A DNA stretch of 29,564 bases from Cyanophora paradoxa CCMP329 (lineage: Eukaryota; Plantae; Glaucophyta): NCBI GenBank assembly GCA_004431415.1, contig QPMI01000257.1, positions 1 to 29,564 on the forward strand, read 5' to 3'. Within the stretch, counting starts at the first letter, position 1. Each line of letters begins with the position of its first letter. A model generated the notes under the pieces. It saw nothing but the letters and a program-made list of their open reading frames with translations. It had not been told where the DNA came from and made no database searches. This document shows positions 10,932-20,578 of this stretch, one piece after another. Both the position numbers and the translations under genes were made by a program.

Positions 10932-11003
10932 ACATATGAATATTCATATTTTAATCCCTCGGCGTTCCGCCTCAGGATTAAAATATGAATATTCATATGT
11001 GTG
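10929..11003. repeat. Perfect 29-bp inverted repeat (hairpin/cruciform)
   Basis: CACACATATGAATATTCATATTTTAATCC (10929-10957) pairs with GGATTAAAATATGAATATTCATATGTGTG (10975-11003). The 17-nt loop has a GGCG/CGCC mini-stem. Confidence 0.95.
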
Positions 11004-11280
11004 ATTCGATGTTATATCAATAAAATCGATTAATTTATTTGAATTTTCACATGAATTTTCATATTTTTAAATGCATTTTCAATTAATTTAATCGATTTTA
11101 TATCGATAAACTCGATTAATCGATATTGTATCTTAATTGTAGTTAATCGGAATTATATCTATAACTTCGATTAATCTTAATTGAATCCTAAATGAATCTA
11201 ATCGGAATTATATCAATAAATTCGATTAAATCATGTTCTTTTCCTATTAAATCAATTAAATATTTAACTTTGTTACCATA

Positions 11281-12120
11281 AGTGGTCTAAGTTGACTCAC
11301 TTTTCATAAACATTTTGAACTCTTAGTCTCCTTGAATTTCTTAAGATGACTCAACTTAGTCAACTTAGTCAACTTTGTTACCATAATCAATCAGGGTGGA
11401 CTCACTTTTAGATCAACTTTGAAATTTCAAGCAAAATCAACTTATATTTCAAAAGTGGATCTTCTAAGTGGACTCATAATGTTCACTTTGTGATACATTT
11501 AAGTTCTTATGCTTACTGTATATGGTCAGGGTTGACTAAGTGGGGGAGTTGACACATTTTTCAAAATCTTTTATAGAATATTCTTTGGATCTCAAAATTT
11601 CCTCTGAAATTTGAGTCAACTCAACCCACTTAGTCAACCTTAGCATTGAAATGGTCACATTTTTATATACATTTACTCCTTTTACGATTAATATGAATCA
11701 ACCATGAGTCCACTTAGTATTAAATATTAATCAATGTAAATATAAACAAGGGGATTAAGAGGAATGCTTATTGAATATGGTCAGGGTGGACTCACTTTTT
11801 CATACAAATCGAATTCCCAAGTAAATTTGACTCTAAATTGTTAGGTGGATCTTCTAAGTGGACTCAAAATGTTCACTTTGTGATACATGTTAGCTCAAAT
11901 CCTTACTGTTTATGGTCAGGGTTGACTAAGTGGGGGGAGTTGACACATTTTTTGAAATCCTTTTTAGAAAACTTTAGGTCCCAAATATTTTCTGTGAAAT
12001 TTGAGTCAACTCAACCCACTTAGTCAACCCTTGCATTGAATTCGTAACAAAATCCATATACTTTTACTACTTTTACGATTAATATGAGTCAACCTTGAGT
12101 CCACTTTAATATAAATATTA
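11281..12120. repeat. Two diverged direct repeats (~390-bp period) with internal inverted repeats
   Basis: Units ~11391-11730 and ~11781-12120. Each contains GGTTGACTAAGTGGG...CCCACTTAGTCAACC and outer GTGGACTCA...TGAGTCCAC. Partial motifs at 11281-11375. Confidence 0.9.
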
Positions 12121-12394
12121 TATAATAGGGGGAATCTAGGGCAGATGCTGAGGGTTTAGTGTAAGAAAATCGAATAGTATTCGAAATCTTACACTTGTAG
12201 GTTTAGGATGCATTCATATTTTGGCTACATCATACAGTAGAATTCTATTGTAAAAAATGTCCGGAATCCGGAAAATAATCATTGTAGAAAGCTACTGTAG
12301 GTAAAGGATATATTATATCCTTTTGTAACAGTAGCTGATCAATGTTATTGTTAGAAAACAAAGGAATCCTTCTAAAAATGATTATAGAAACCCA

Positions 12395-12793
12395 TCAAAA
12401 CGGGAATCTATCATGTTTATGTCTCTCAGTCTTCTCAAATGTTAAGAAATTCATTGTTTTATCGATCTCATCTGCAACTGATTGTGTTTTATGCTGAGCT
12501 TCTTTACCACAGCTGAATATATCAATTGCTAACATGCCTTCATTGGAATAACAATGAGCTGTGCAATGGCTTTCATCTAAGAGCAGAACTAATGCAAATC
12601 CAGGAGGTGATAGTTTCCCATCAAAAACCTCACAGTGTTTGTGAACAATTCTTATGCCTTGTCTCAATATTGCTTGTTCAAGGGTTCCCATAATCCAATT
12701 ACCTAGGAAGCTAACATGCTCATAACCTGTTGCTATAGCTGATTTAGCTTTGTAATCAAGCATTACATGAAAGCCTCTGTATTTAGTCTCCAT
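12395..12793 (-). CDS. speD: Pyruvoyl-dependent S-adenosylmethionine decarboxylase proenzyme, copy 2
   Basis: GFHVMLD, SPPGF, LLLDE-SH, AHCY, AIDIFSCG; 132 aa; clear homolog of 9935..10327. Confidence 0.88.
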   Translation of the reverse strand: METKYRGFHVMLDYKAKSAIATGYEHVSFLGNWIMGTLEQAILRQGIRIVHKHCEVFDGKLSPPGFALVLLLDESHCTAHCYSNEGMLAIDIFSCGKEAQHKTQSVADEIDKTMNFLTFEKTERHKHDRFPF

Positions 12794-12822
12794 TAAGAAT
12801 ACCTTAGAAAAATTAATTAAAC

Positions 12823-13095
12823 CTAATCGAACCTAATGCAAATATCCCTATACTCTACTCTAATTGATGAAGTAGCCCTTTTCCTATAAGCCTGAGAATG
12901 CTTTTTGTTGCATTCCCTGCAACCTGATCCCTTCACATGATTAAAGGGATAGGTAAGGATCACCTTGTTACATTGCAAACATCTAACAGATACTTTCTCT
13001 TGAGCTTTGATGTAATGTGTCTCACTGTAATCGAATTTATCTTTACCATGGACTGTCATAGCAGCATCAATAAACTTTTTTGTTTTAGTATCCAT
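12823..13095 (-). CDS. DUF723-like Zn-ribbon protein (homing-endonuclease-associated module, no nuclease)
   Basis: FIDAAMTVHGKDKFDYSETHY...KVSVRC...NHVKGSGCREC pattern. Confidence 0.7.
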   Translation of the reverse strand: MDTKTKKFIDAAMTVHGKDKFDYSETHYIKAQEKVSVRCLQCNKVILTYPFNHVKGSGCRECNKKHSQAYRKRATSSIRVEYRDICIRFD

Positions 13096-13117
13096 ACTCT
13101 ATATATACCCAATATTC

Positions 13118-13951
13118 TTATGGAGCAGTATCCTGCCCAAAAATGGGAAAATATCGATTTGTCCCATAGTATTCAGCATAGGTATTCTGCTTTGCAATAA
13201 AATCGGTTCTCTCAGCATATAATACACACTTGTAGATACCAAACTTGGTGGCTCTAACCAGGAACTGGTAATCTTCTAAACCGAAATTGACTCCATGATA
13301 AGCAATACCAAAATTATCATATGGGGTGATCACAACTGCAAAATTAGGAGTTCCACCCTCTACTTGACAAAGAGCATAAACATCTGGTGGGATATCCACA
13401 ACTACCTTGTAGTGGTCACCAATTTCAACAAGAGAGTCTACTACTGCTGTTTGTTCATTTACAACAATGGGGAATATCTTTATAATGTATGGGGCATTCA
13501 TGCTGGGGACATAGGTTCGAATTCTTGTGTTAGGATCAATGGGATTGGGTTGATCATTCACAAATAGAGGCGCTCCAACAGCCCCACCAACCCTAAGACC
13601 ATCACCAATATAAGCTCCCCCCGATTTGCAGTTAATAGCTCCCGACCTAGATTCAAAAGAATAAGTAGACAGAGGATCTCCATAGCTATCTGGGTCTCCA
13701 TAATGAGCAGAAAAGTTTGCATTTGTGACAAGTAGCTTAGTTGTCTTAACTATACCATTATTTTTATCACATCTGAGTTCCTGCAATCTCAGCTTGTGGG
13801 TGGAACCAAAGGTGTTCATTGTAGGTTGGACCTCTGTTGATTGGAGACCCTCTACATCATCAAAGGTAGCGTGCTGTAAAACATGGTTTGCTGGGGCAGC
13901 TAATGACAGCAGAGGTGTAAGAATTCGTTCAAGTGGGGGTTGCTCAGCCAT
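13118..13951 (-). CDS. Putative virion fibre protein, paralog A
   Basis: Shared N-domain (ELRCDKNNGIVKTT...SGGAYIGDG). C-domain (VITPYDNFGIAY...YKCVLYAERTD) is homologous to paralog B and resembles viral tail C-terminal domains. Confidence 0.6.
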   Translation of the reverse strand: MAEQPPLERILTPLLSLAAPANHVLQHATFDDVEGLQSTEVQPTMNTFGSTHKLRLQELRCDKNNGIVKTTKLLVTNANFSAHYGDPDSYGDPLSTYSFESRSGAINCKSGGAYIGDGLRVGGAVGAPLFVNDQPNPIDPNTRIRTYVPSMNAPYIIKIFPIVVNEQTAVVDSLVEIGDHYKVVVDIPPDVYALCQVEGGTPNFAVVITPYDNFGIAYHGVNFGLEDYQFLVRATKFGIYKCVLYAERTDFIAKQNTYAEYYGTNRYFPIFGQDTAP

Positions 13952-13974
13952 TTTACATTAAAGGGATATATCTT

Positions 13975-14820
13975 TTATGGGGTTGGGTCATCAATTACAT
14001 CTGGCTCTTGGTAAAACCCTGTAACTGAAAGAGTATCAGGAGTTACACCTCTAAGAGCTGATACAGCGGCTATATCTGTTCTCAAACCGATAAGAGTTAT
14101 AGTATATAACCCAATATCTGTAACAAACAAGTCAAAGGTGAAATTATTATTATAAACACAGTAGCCATAACCGAAATGATTATATCCCTGAACATTGAAA
14201 TAGTATTTATGACCTACTTGATTGTTGTTGGCTCTACAAAGGGAAAGCATTGCAGATGGAATCGCAAGACCTCTCAGTACTCTTTTGGTTCCTTCAATTA
14301 ATTCCGAGTTTTCAAGAGTAACAGTATATCCAATGTAAAATTGAATTAATGGCTGCTGTGCGACAGGAGTATATAATCGAATTCGTTGGGGGTCTTCCAC
14401 ATTTTGCTCTAGAGTATCTGGGACATCATTATACGAAATTGAGGATGAAAGCTGACCTGAAATTCGACAGCCACCCCCAATAAATGCTCCTCCTGATCTC
14501 ACAGTGACAGCTGCAGAATTCTTATCGAAATCAAGGGCTTTCAGATCAACACTGTAAGCATCTGGACCTCCATTGGTAGGCTGAAAGAAGTTTGCATTTG
14601 TGACAAGAAGTCGAGTTGTTTTCACCACACCTGAATTCTTATCAGCTCTCAGCTCTTTAACTCGAATAATCGAATTTTTATCAAAGGAGTTGCCATTGGA
14701 ATTGGGTCTCTCTGTGGATTCTAAACCACGAACCTCATCATTTACTTCATGCTGGCGAAAATGCATTGCAGGGGATCCAAGGGAATATATAGGCAGTTGA
14801 ACCCGATTATATTCACCCAT
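13975..14820 (-). CDS. Putative virion fibre protein, paralog B
   Basis: Shared N-domain (KELRADKNSGVVKTT...SGGAFIGGG); C-domain NVQGYNHFGYGY...YTITLIGLRTD. ATG 14820 chosen by alignment with paralogs. Confidence 0.6.
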   Translation of the reverse strand: MGEYNRVQLPIYSLGSPAMHFRQHEVNDEVRGLESTERPNSNGNSFDKNSIIRVKELRADKNSGVVKTTRLLVTNANFFQPTNGGPDAYSVDLKALDFDKNSAAVTVRSGGAFIGGGCRISGQLSSSISYNDVPDTLEQNVEDPQRIRLYTPVAQQPLIQFYIGYTVTLENSELIEGTKRVLRGLAIPSAMLSLCRANNNQVGHKYYFNVQGYNHFGYGYCVYNNNFTFDLFVTDIGLYTITLIGLRTDIAAVSALRGVTPDTLSVTGFYQEPDVIDDPTP

Positions 14821-14855
14821 TGCTTCTTTTACTAAGAAGGAAAGAAAAATAATGT

Positions 14856-15122
14856 TCACAGCTCTTCTGTGATAATATTATACTCGATCGCTTTTTTAAC
14901 AGTTCCCCTTTGGAATGCCTGTAACACAATTGCTTCCTTTGAGGTTGGTATTTGAACTCCACCTGAGATGCAAGAGTGGATCTCTTTCTGAACAATCTCA
15001 TCAATTGCGATTCTTGCCCTGTTATGGGCTGCATTATCGATCCAATCTTGAACAGAAGCAGCACAGTATTCCATTCCCAACTTCTCAATATCAGATAGAA
15101 CCACTTGGTAAATATTCGACAT
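14856..15122 (-). CDS. Small phage-like protein downstream of C1q fibre (possible fibre chaperone/partner)
   Basis: MEYCAASVQDWIDNAAHNRARIAIDEIV...QAFQRGTVK resembles small proteins I recall next to C1q-tipped fibres in tailed phages; not searched. Confidence 0.55.
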   Translation of the reverse strand: MSNIYQVVLSDIEKLGMEYCAASVQDWIDNAAHNRARIAIDEIVQKEIHSCISGGVQIPTSKEAIVLQAFQRGTVKKAIEYNIITEEL

Positions 15123-15144
15123 TTCCTAAACTACCATAAGAAAA

Positions 15145-16164
15145 TTAAACGATGCTTATTAATTCACCTGAGAAGGCTGTTTGACTTGCATAGGAACCGA
15201 CTGAATTTGTAACAAGTGTCACATATTCGTTTTGGGCAAGATTGAGAATGCAAGAGAAACACAGCGCTTTATTTGTTGTTGACAGATTGTGAACTTGGGA
15301 AATGCTCAATCCCCCTGGATCTGCATTGTTTACCCTGAGAAACAATTCAATAGCAGAAGTTGTGGTTGAAGAAGTGAATACTGAAAATCGATAGTGTCCT
15401 GCAACAGGTGCTGTGAACCTTCCAGTTGATGTGCTGAATGAATTGGTATTGTTTACTCGAACTGTTGCCCAGTTTATTAGATCAGCAGAAGTTGTAGCAG
15501 TGTGGTTGTAGCCAAGTTGAACTGAAAATCGTGGATGTGATGTTTTGAGATAACACCCTGTATTAACTGTCAAACTATTCGCTTCCAGAGTAACAACAGT
15601 GTTACTATTTCGTTTCAGGAGAAGGTCTACATTGGCTCCTGTATCGATTTCTGGTGTAACAACCTTGTTTGTTGCTGTGATTGTAGCCTGTGAGGCAATT
15701 GGTAGTGAAATACCAGCATTAGCTGTTACCAATCCTGTAAAGGTGCTTGTTCCTGTAATACTCACCTGGTTTGCTGTAAGAGTTCCATCAACTCTTGCCC
15801 CATCTCCAATGTAAGCTCCTCCACTTCTCACAACAAGAGCAGAGTTATTAATTGTATTGTCAAAGGTTACTATTTTGGGTGTGGTGACCCCTCCAACATC
15901 ATCATATATTGATGAATCGGAAACAATTTGACCTGATTGAACTTGGTTCTTGTTTGAAACTATTAAACCTGTGGTTCTCACCTTGCCCCCATTGCGATCA
16001 CATCGAATTTCTTTGCATCTTATCACTGAATTCTGAGAAAACGAATCGGCTCCTGTTGTTTCAGTGCAAATAAAACCAGGGGTTGCATCTGTTACTGTGT
16101 GGTTGAGTTGATGTATTTTGGGGGCGGCATAACAGAACACAGGAACAGCTATTTGAGTGGTCAT
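15145..16164 (-). CDS. Putative virion fibre protein with C-terminal C1q-like head, paralog C
   Basis: Shared N-domain (KEIRCDRNGGKVRTT...SGGAYIGDG); C1q signature HPRFSV...NSFSTSTGRFTAPVAGHYRFS...LNLAQNEYV...FSGELI. Confidence 0.8.
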   Translation of the reverse strand: MTTQIAVPVFCYAAPKIHQLNHTVTDATPGFICTETTGADSFSQNSVIRCKEIRCDRNGGKVRTTGLIVSNKNQVQSGQIVSDSSIYDDVGGVTTPKIVTFDNTINNSALVVRSGGAYIGDGARVDGTLTANQVSITGTSTFTGLVTANAGISLPIASQATITATNKVVTPEIDTGANVDLLLKRNSNTVVTLEANSLTVNTGCYLKTSHPRFSVQLGYNHTATTSADLINWATVRVNNTNSFSTSTGRFTAPVAGHYRFSVFTSSTTTSAIELFLRVNNADPGGLSISQVHNLSTTNKALCFSCILNLAQNEYVTLVTNSVGSYASQTAFSGELISIV

Positions 16165-16186
16165 ACTTTATATTATATGGATAATA

Positions 16187-17257
16187 TTATGAAGAGCTGA
16201 GAAGCATACATCCAAAGAACCATCTGATATTATAATATGAAGAAGCTCCACCACTGACACTATATGATATTTTGATGGAATCATTAGCTTGAAGGTCAAC
16301 TATTATTTCCAATCCATTGTTTGCATACACAGATGGATAATTATTATTAACTTCAATTCCAGATGAGCTTCCGTTTTTCTGTAAAAATGTTGTTATAATA
16401 CCTGGTCTTCCAGCCGTATAACAGGATCCACTAAATGTGACAAGATAGTTTCCTGTAACAGGGGCAGTAAAAAGCCCTGTCGCAGGATCGAAATGATTTC
16501 CTTGGTTCACTATGACTCCTGTTGTTGGATATATATTTATTGAGGAAATTGTTGCAGTTATTGACCCATTTGGTTGCTGTTTTGTTGCAAAGAAACGAGG
16601 ATGGCTACTTAATTTGAGATATTTGCTTGTCGGAAGTGTGAGATGTTGAACAGTTGTGTTATCTGTCTGAATAGTTTTTTGAAGAGAAAGAATGGTATCC
16701 CCATTCCTCTTGTAATTCATGACTGTGTCACTCATGTTGTCAATCTCAGGTGTATTTATTCTTGTTGTAAGTGTGAGAGTTCCATACTGAATACTCCCTG
16801 AAAGCCCACCATTAAAGGTCATCAATCCTGCAAATGAACATGTCCCACTCACAGTCAATTGATTTGCTGTCAGAGTTCCTGCTACATTTGCTCCATCACC
16901 AATGTAGGCTCCTCCACTTTTCACCACAAGAGCAGAATTATTGCTTGTATTACCAAAAGTAACTATCTGTGCTGTGGTGAATCCACCCACATTATCATAT
17001 ATTGCTGAATTGGGGACTACCTGACCTGCTTGAACTTGGTTTTTATTCGAGATTATAATGCCTGTGGTTCTAATCTTGCCTCCATTTCGATCACATCGAA
17101 TTTCTTTGACCCTCAGTATACTGTTCTCTGTGAAAGAGGTATTACTTGTAGTTTCAGTGCAAATAAAACCGGGTGTGGAGTCGACTACTTCATGAGAGGT
17201 GCTGTGGAGTGATTTGGCTGCAAGTTCATAGTTTGGAATCTCTAAAAGGGAGGTCAT
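16187..17257 (-). CDS. Putative virion fibre protein with C-terminal C1q-like head, paralog D
   Basis: Shared N-domain; HPRFFA...NHFDPATGLFTAPVTGNYLVT...VDLQANDSI...FFGCMLL. ATG 17257 chosen by alignment. Confidence 0.8.
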   Translation of the reverse strand: MTSLLEIPNYELAAKSLHSTSHEVVDSTPGFICTETTSNTSFTENSILRVKEIRCDRNGGKIRTTGIIISNKNQVQAGQVVPNSAIYDNVGGFTTAQIVTFGNTSNNSALVVKSGGAYIGDGANVAGTLTANQLTVSGTCSFAGLMTFNGGLSGSIQYGTLTLTTRINTPEIDNMSDTVMNYKRNGDTILSLQKTIQTDNTTVQHLTLPTSKYLKLSSHPRFFATKQQPNGSITATISSINIYPTTGVIVNQGNHFDPATGLFTAPVTGNYLVTFSGSCYTAGRPGIITTFLQKNGSSSGIEVNNNYPSVYANNGLEIIVDLQANDSIKISYSVSGGASSYYNIRWFFGCMLLSSS

Positions 17258-17276
17258 CTTTATAATTACGAAATAG

Positions 17277-20200
17277 TTAAATTGCGACAGCAATGTAATG
17301 AATTGTAACTGGAAATCCTGGTCTGTCAAAAGAACTTAATGGAACTATGTCAAGCTCACAAGTGAAATAGCTACTGTAAACTTGTTTAAGCCTAACATAC
17401 ATTCGATAGTAGTAGGCTGTCTCATTGTGTTGTATACCAGTTGTTACAATAGGAGGGTTAGCAAAGCTGCTGTTGAAATTAATAGTGAGGTTAAACCTAT
17501 GGTCAGGATTTGCCCAAAGATAAGGAGTAGTGTAAACATACGTTCCTGCTTGGATTTTCCCATTAAAATATGCATTGAGTTGACTGGAAAGATCTGCCTC
17601 TGTAATACATCGACTGATGGTCGCATTATTTGAGGGTTCATAGCATAGAAATTTCTTGCATAGGCATTTCCACGAACAAGTAAGGTTTTATCAAAGTAAT
17701 TCTGCGAATTGTGGAAGAACCATGTTTCTTCAAACATAGGTCCTGCTGGTTCTACAATCTGACCTGATCCTACATACATTGTGTTGTTGGCTCTGATTGT
17801 GGTGGCTGTGAAAGGATCAAGAGTTGGTCTATTGGTCAAATCATTGTAGTTTCCTGAGAAAATTGCAGGTTTGTTATAGATATCTGTATTCCAATCATGA
17901 GTGTGTGCAAAATCTGTAATCTCTGCCTTTGTGTGGGTGTGACCAACATATGCAACATTTCCAAGATCTGTAATCTCTGCCTTGGTATGGGTGTGACCCA
18001 CATATGCAACATTTCCGAGATCTAATATCTCTGATTTAACATGAGTGTGAGCGAAATTTGTGATATCTGCTCTTGTGTGGAAGTGTGCAAAATCTGTAAT
18101 TTGTGATTTGGTGTGAGTGTGTGCAAAATCTGTGATTTCTGCCTTTGTGTGGGTGTGTGATCTATTATTTAGATCAAGGAAACTACCCGAAAATGCAACA
18201 GGATGCAGATTTGCAGCAGTAGGTTTATTTATGAGATCATTATAATCTCCTGTGAAAGAGATGGTCTTTAGTTCACCCCTTCCTACATAATCAGAAGGGA
18301 GATCAATCTTAATGGGCATAATAGCTGGATCATCAGGTATCTCATACTCACCTCCTGGATGAACCACAGGAAAGGTTTGATTGCTTTCAGTATGGACAAA
18401 GAAGTTACATGCTGTTACTGTTCCATCAATAGTCCCACCTGTGAGAGGGAGGTAATTGCCTGTAACACCAATACCTATACCTGCAATGATTGTATTTAGT
18501 TCTGTTTCATCTATGTAGTTCTGAGCTTGAAGGTAATCCTCTGTGACTACTCTCGAAATGCTCTCATTGTGTATGTTTTTTGCAGCCATTCTTTGATTGG
18601 CTTCCAGAACCCCACCATAATCTGTTTTAATCCATGCAAGCTCTGCCCTTCCATAATTATCATTTGCAGTTCCCACTATGGGAATGTAGGAATACTTATC
18701 TCGACTGAAAACTATCATTGGTCTTGAGCCATCTAAGCTGCTTACATCTGCTACATGAACCTGTATAGCAGAGTTGTAATTTTGGTAGGTTGCTGGGTCT
18801 GTTGGGACTCTGAATGTATCTGTGGGAATGTCAGCCTCCATGTAGCTTGACACAAAGATATTTGGTATGGTTGCTCCTGGTGGTGGTGGGGTTTCAAAAG
18901 AGCCTGGTAATGTCCTAATATGAAGTGGTCCTCTCATAGCTGAATTTGCAAGTGTCCCATTCACATGAACATAGTGTTCATTCAAAAAGATCCTTTCAGG
19001 GATATTACAAGTCTGGTAAAGAGAAACCCCCAAGTTATCAAGAGGCTCCACCTTTGCAAATTCTGGTTGGTCATTGATCTCATCCCAAATATGTTCATGT
19101 TTGCTTGGTGGGAACTCAGTTGGAATCCCATCAATTTCACCCCAATCATGCCTGTGATCCTCTGGTGGATACTTTTGAGGTTTGCCTAAGATCTCATCCC
19201 AATCATGATTGTGATCCTCTGGGGGATACTTTGCAGGTTTATTATTAATTTGTTCATAATCAGGAAAGAACTCCCAGATCTCAGGTCGAAATCCATCTGG
19301 TAATAATTCCTCATGGGGTTCATAAGGTTGCTCATAATCAACAACTGGTGGATCATGCCCATCTGGCAAATACTCCTCATCAGGTTCATAGTTCTGCTCA
19401 TACTCAAACTCTTGTGGATCTAAGCCATCTGGTAGTATCTCCTCCTCATTGGATCAAACTGATCATATTCATATTCTTGTGGGTCAAAACCATCTGGTAA
19501 ATATTCTTCCTCATCTGGAACGAATTGATATTCATCAAGCTCTAATATATCGATTTCAGGAGGTAAATACTGCTCATCTATTTGCTTTTTTGGTTCAATT
19601 ATAGGTTTATTGCGAACTTGCTCCCAACTAACAATGTGCTGCCCAAAGGCTACATCTTCAGTTGCTGTGTATTCTCTTCCAGGTTGCTTCTTTGGTGTTA
19701 AATCGGGTGGTCCATTGGGAAATGGAATAGGGAATGGGACAGTAGGTCCATTGGGACCATAATGCTCAATGATTTCTCTTAGGGTTTTCTCACTTACAAG
19801 CTTCTCTCCATTTGCATACACATTGCTGCCATGGATATTTCGCCATTGCCTGGTTCGAATTCCAAGGTCTTTCACATTGCTATACAAAGGCAAAAGGTGC
19901 CTATCCATTTCGACTAAATCAGGGTGTAAATGGATTGCTACTGGTTGACTGGGGCTACTGTTGATTGTAATTGATGGCTTTTTTTGATGGACATCTTTTG
20001 GAGTAAAAAACCCAAAAGGCTCATTCCTCGCAAAGTCATATGTAATATCCTTGGGGTATACATCATTTGTGTAGGAGACCTGATTTGTGTTGGCAATGGG
20101 ACCCACTTGCAATACTTGGGGGACCTCAGCTTTTGCAGTGCTGCCCTCATTGTAAATTCGCAAAGCTGTGTTCTGTTTGCCCTGCTCATCTTGAACATTG

Positions 20201-20535
20201 AAAATCAATCGACCACTATCGAACCTGGAAGGTATATCTGGGTGAGTGCCACTGGTTTTTAGTTTCCTAGGTCTCCTTCTTGTTGCTTTGATCTCTGCCA
20301 CTTGGTTTGCTTTCACATTACCCAAACTAAAGGCTACACTGACATCCTCTTTATCTGGATCGGTTTGATTCACAGATAAAGCATGCTCCCTTGATTGAGT
20401 CTTTGATGAATTATCAGAGCTGTGGTCAATTGAAACTGAACCCTTTACTTTAATATTATCAAAGTTCACATGCTTGGTGCTGCTTGCATTATCATCTTGA
20501 ATGGTTTCTAGATTTGGTGGGTAATTGAAGCTCAT
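17277..20535 (-). CDS. Large (~1080 aa) tail-fibre-like protein, split by two frameshifts (~19450, ~17640)
   Basis: EEYLPDGxDPQExEYEQ repeats continue across the 19450 shift. Also has PPEDHxHDWxEI, HTHTKAEITDF and FSGxYNDLxNxP repeats. The alternative frame at 17640-17277 gives IQAGT...INFNSSFANPPIVTTG...IHYIAVAI*, an H-type-lectin/gp53-like tip. Confidence 0.75.
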
Positions 20536-20578
20536 GGCTTTTACTATATGGATTTATAAAATTCCTGATAAGTAAAAG

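Noticed and set aside
11281-12120. CRISPR-like or DGR template/variable repeat pair
   Set aside because: Non-coding, only two long units, differences not adenine-specific, no reverse transcriptase in the window.
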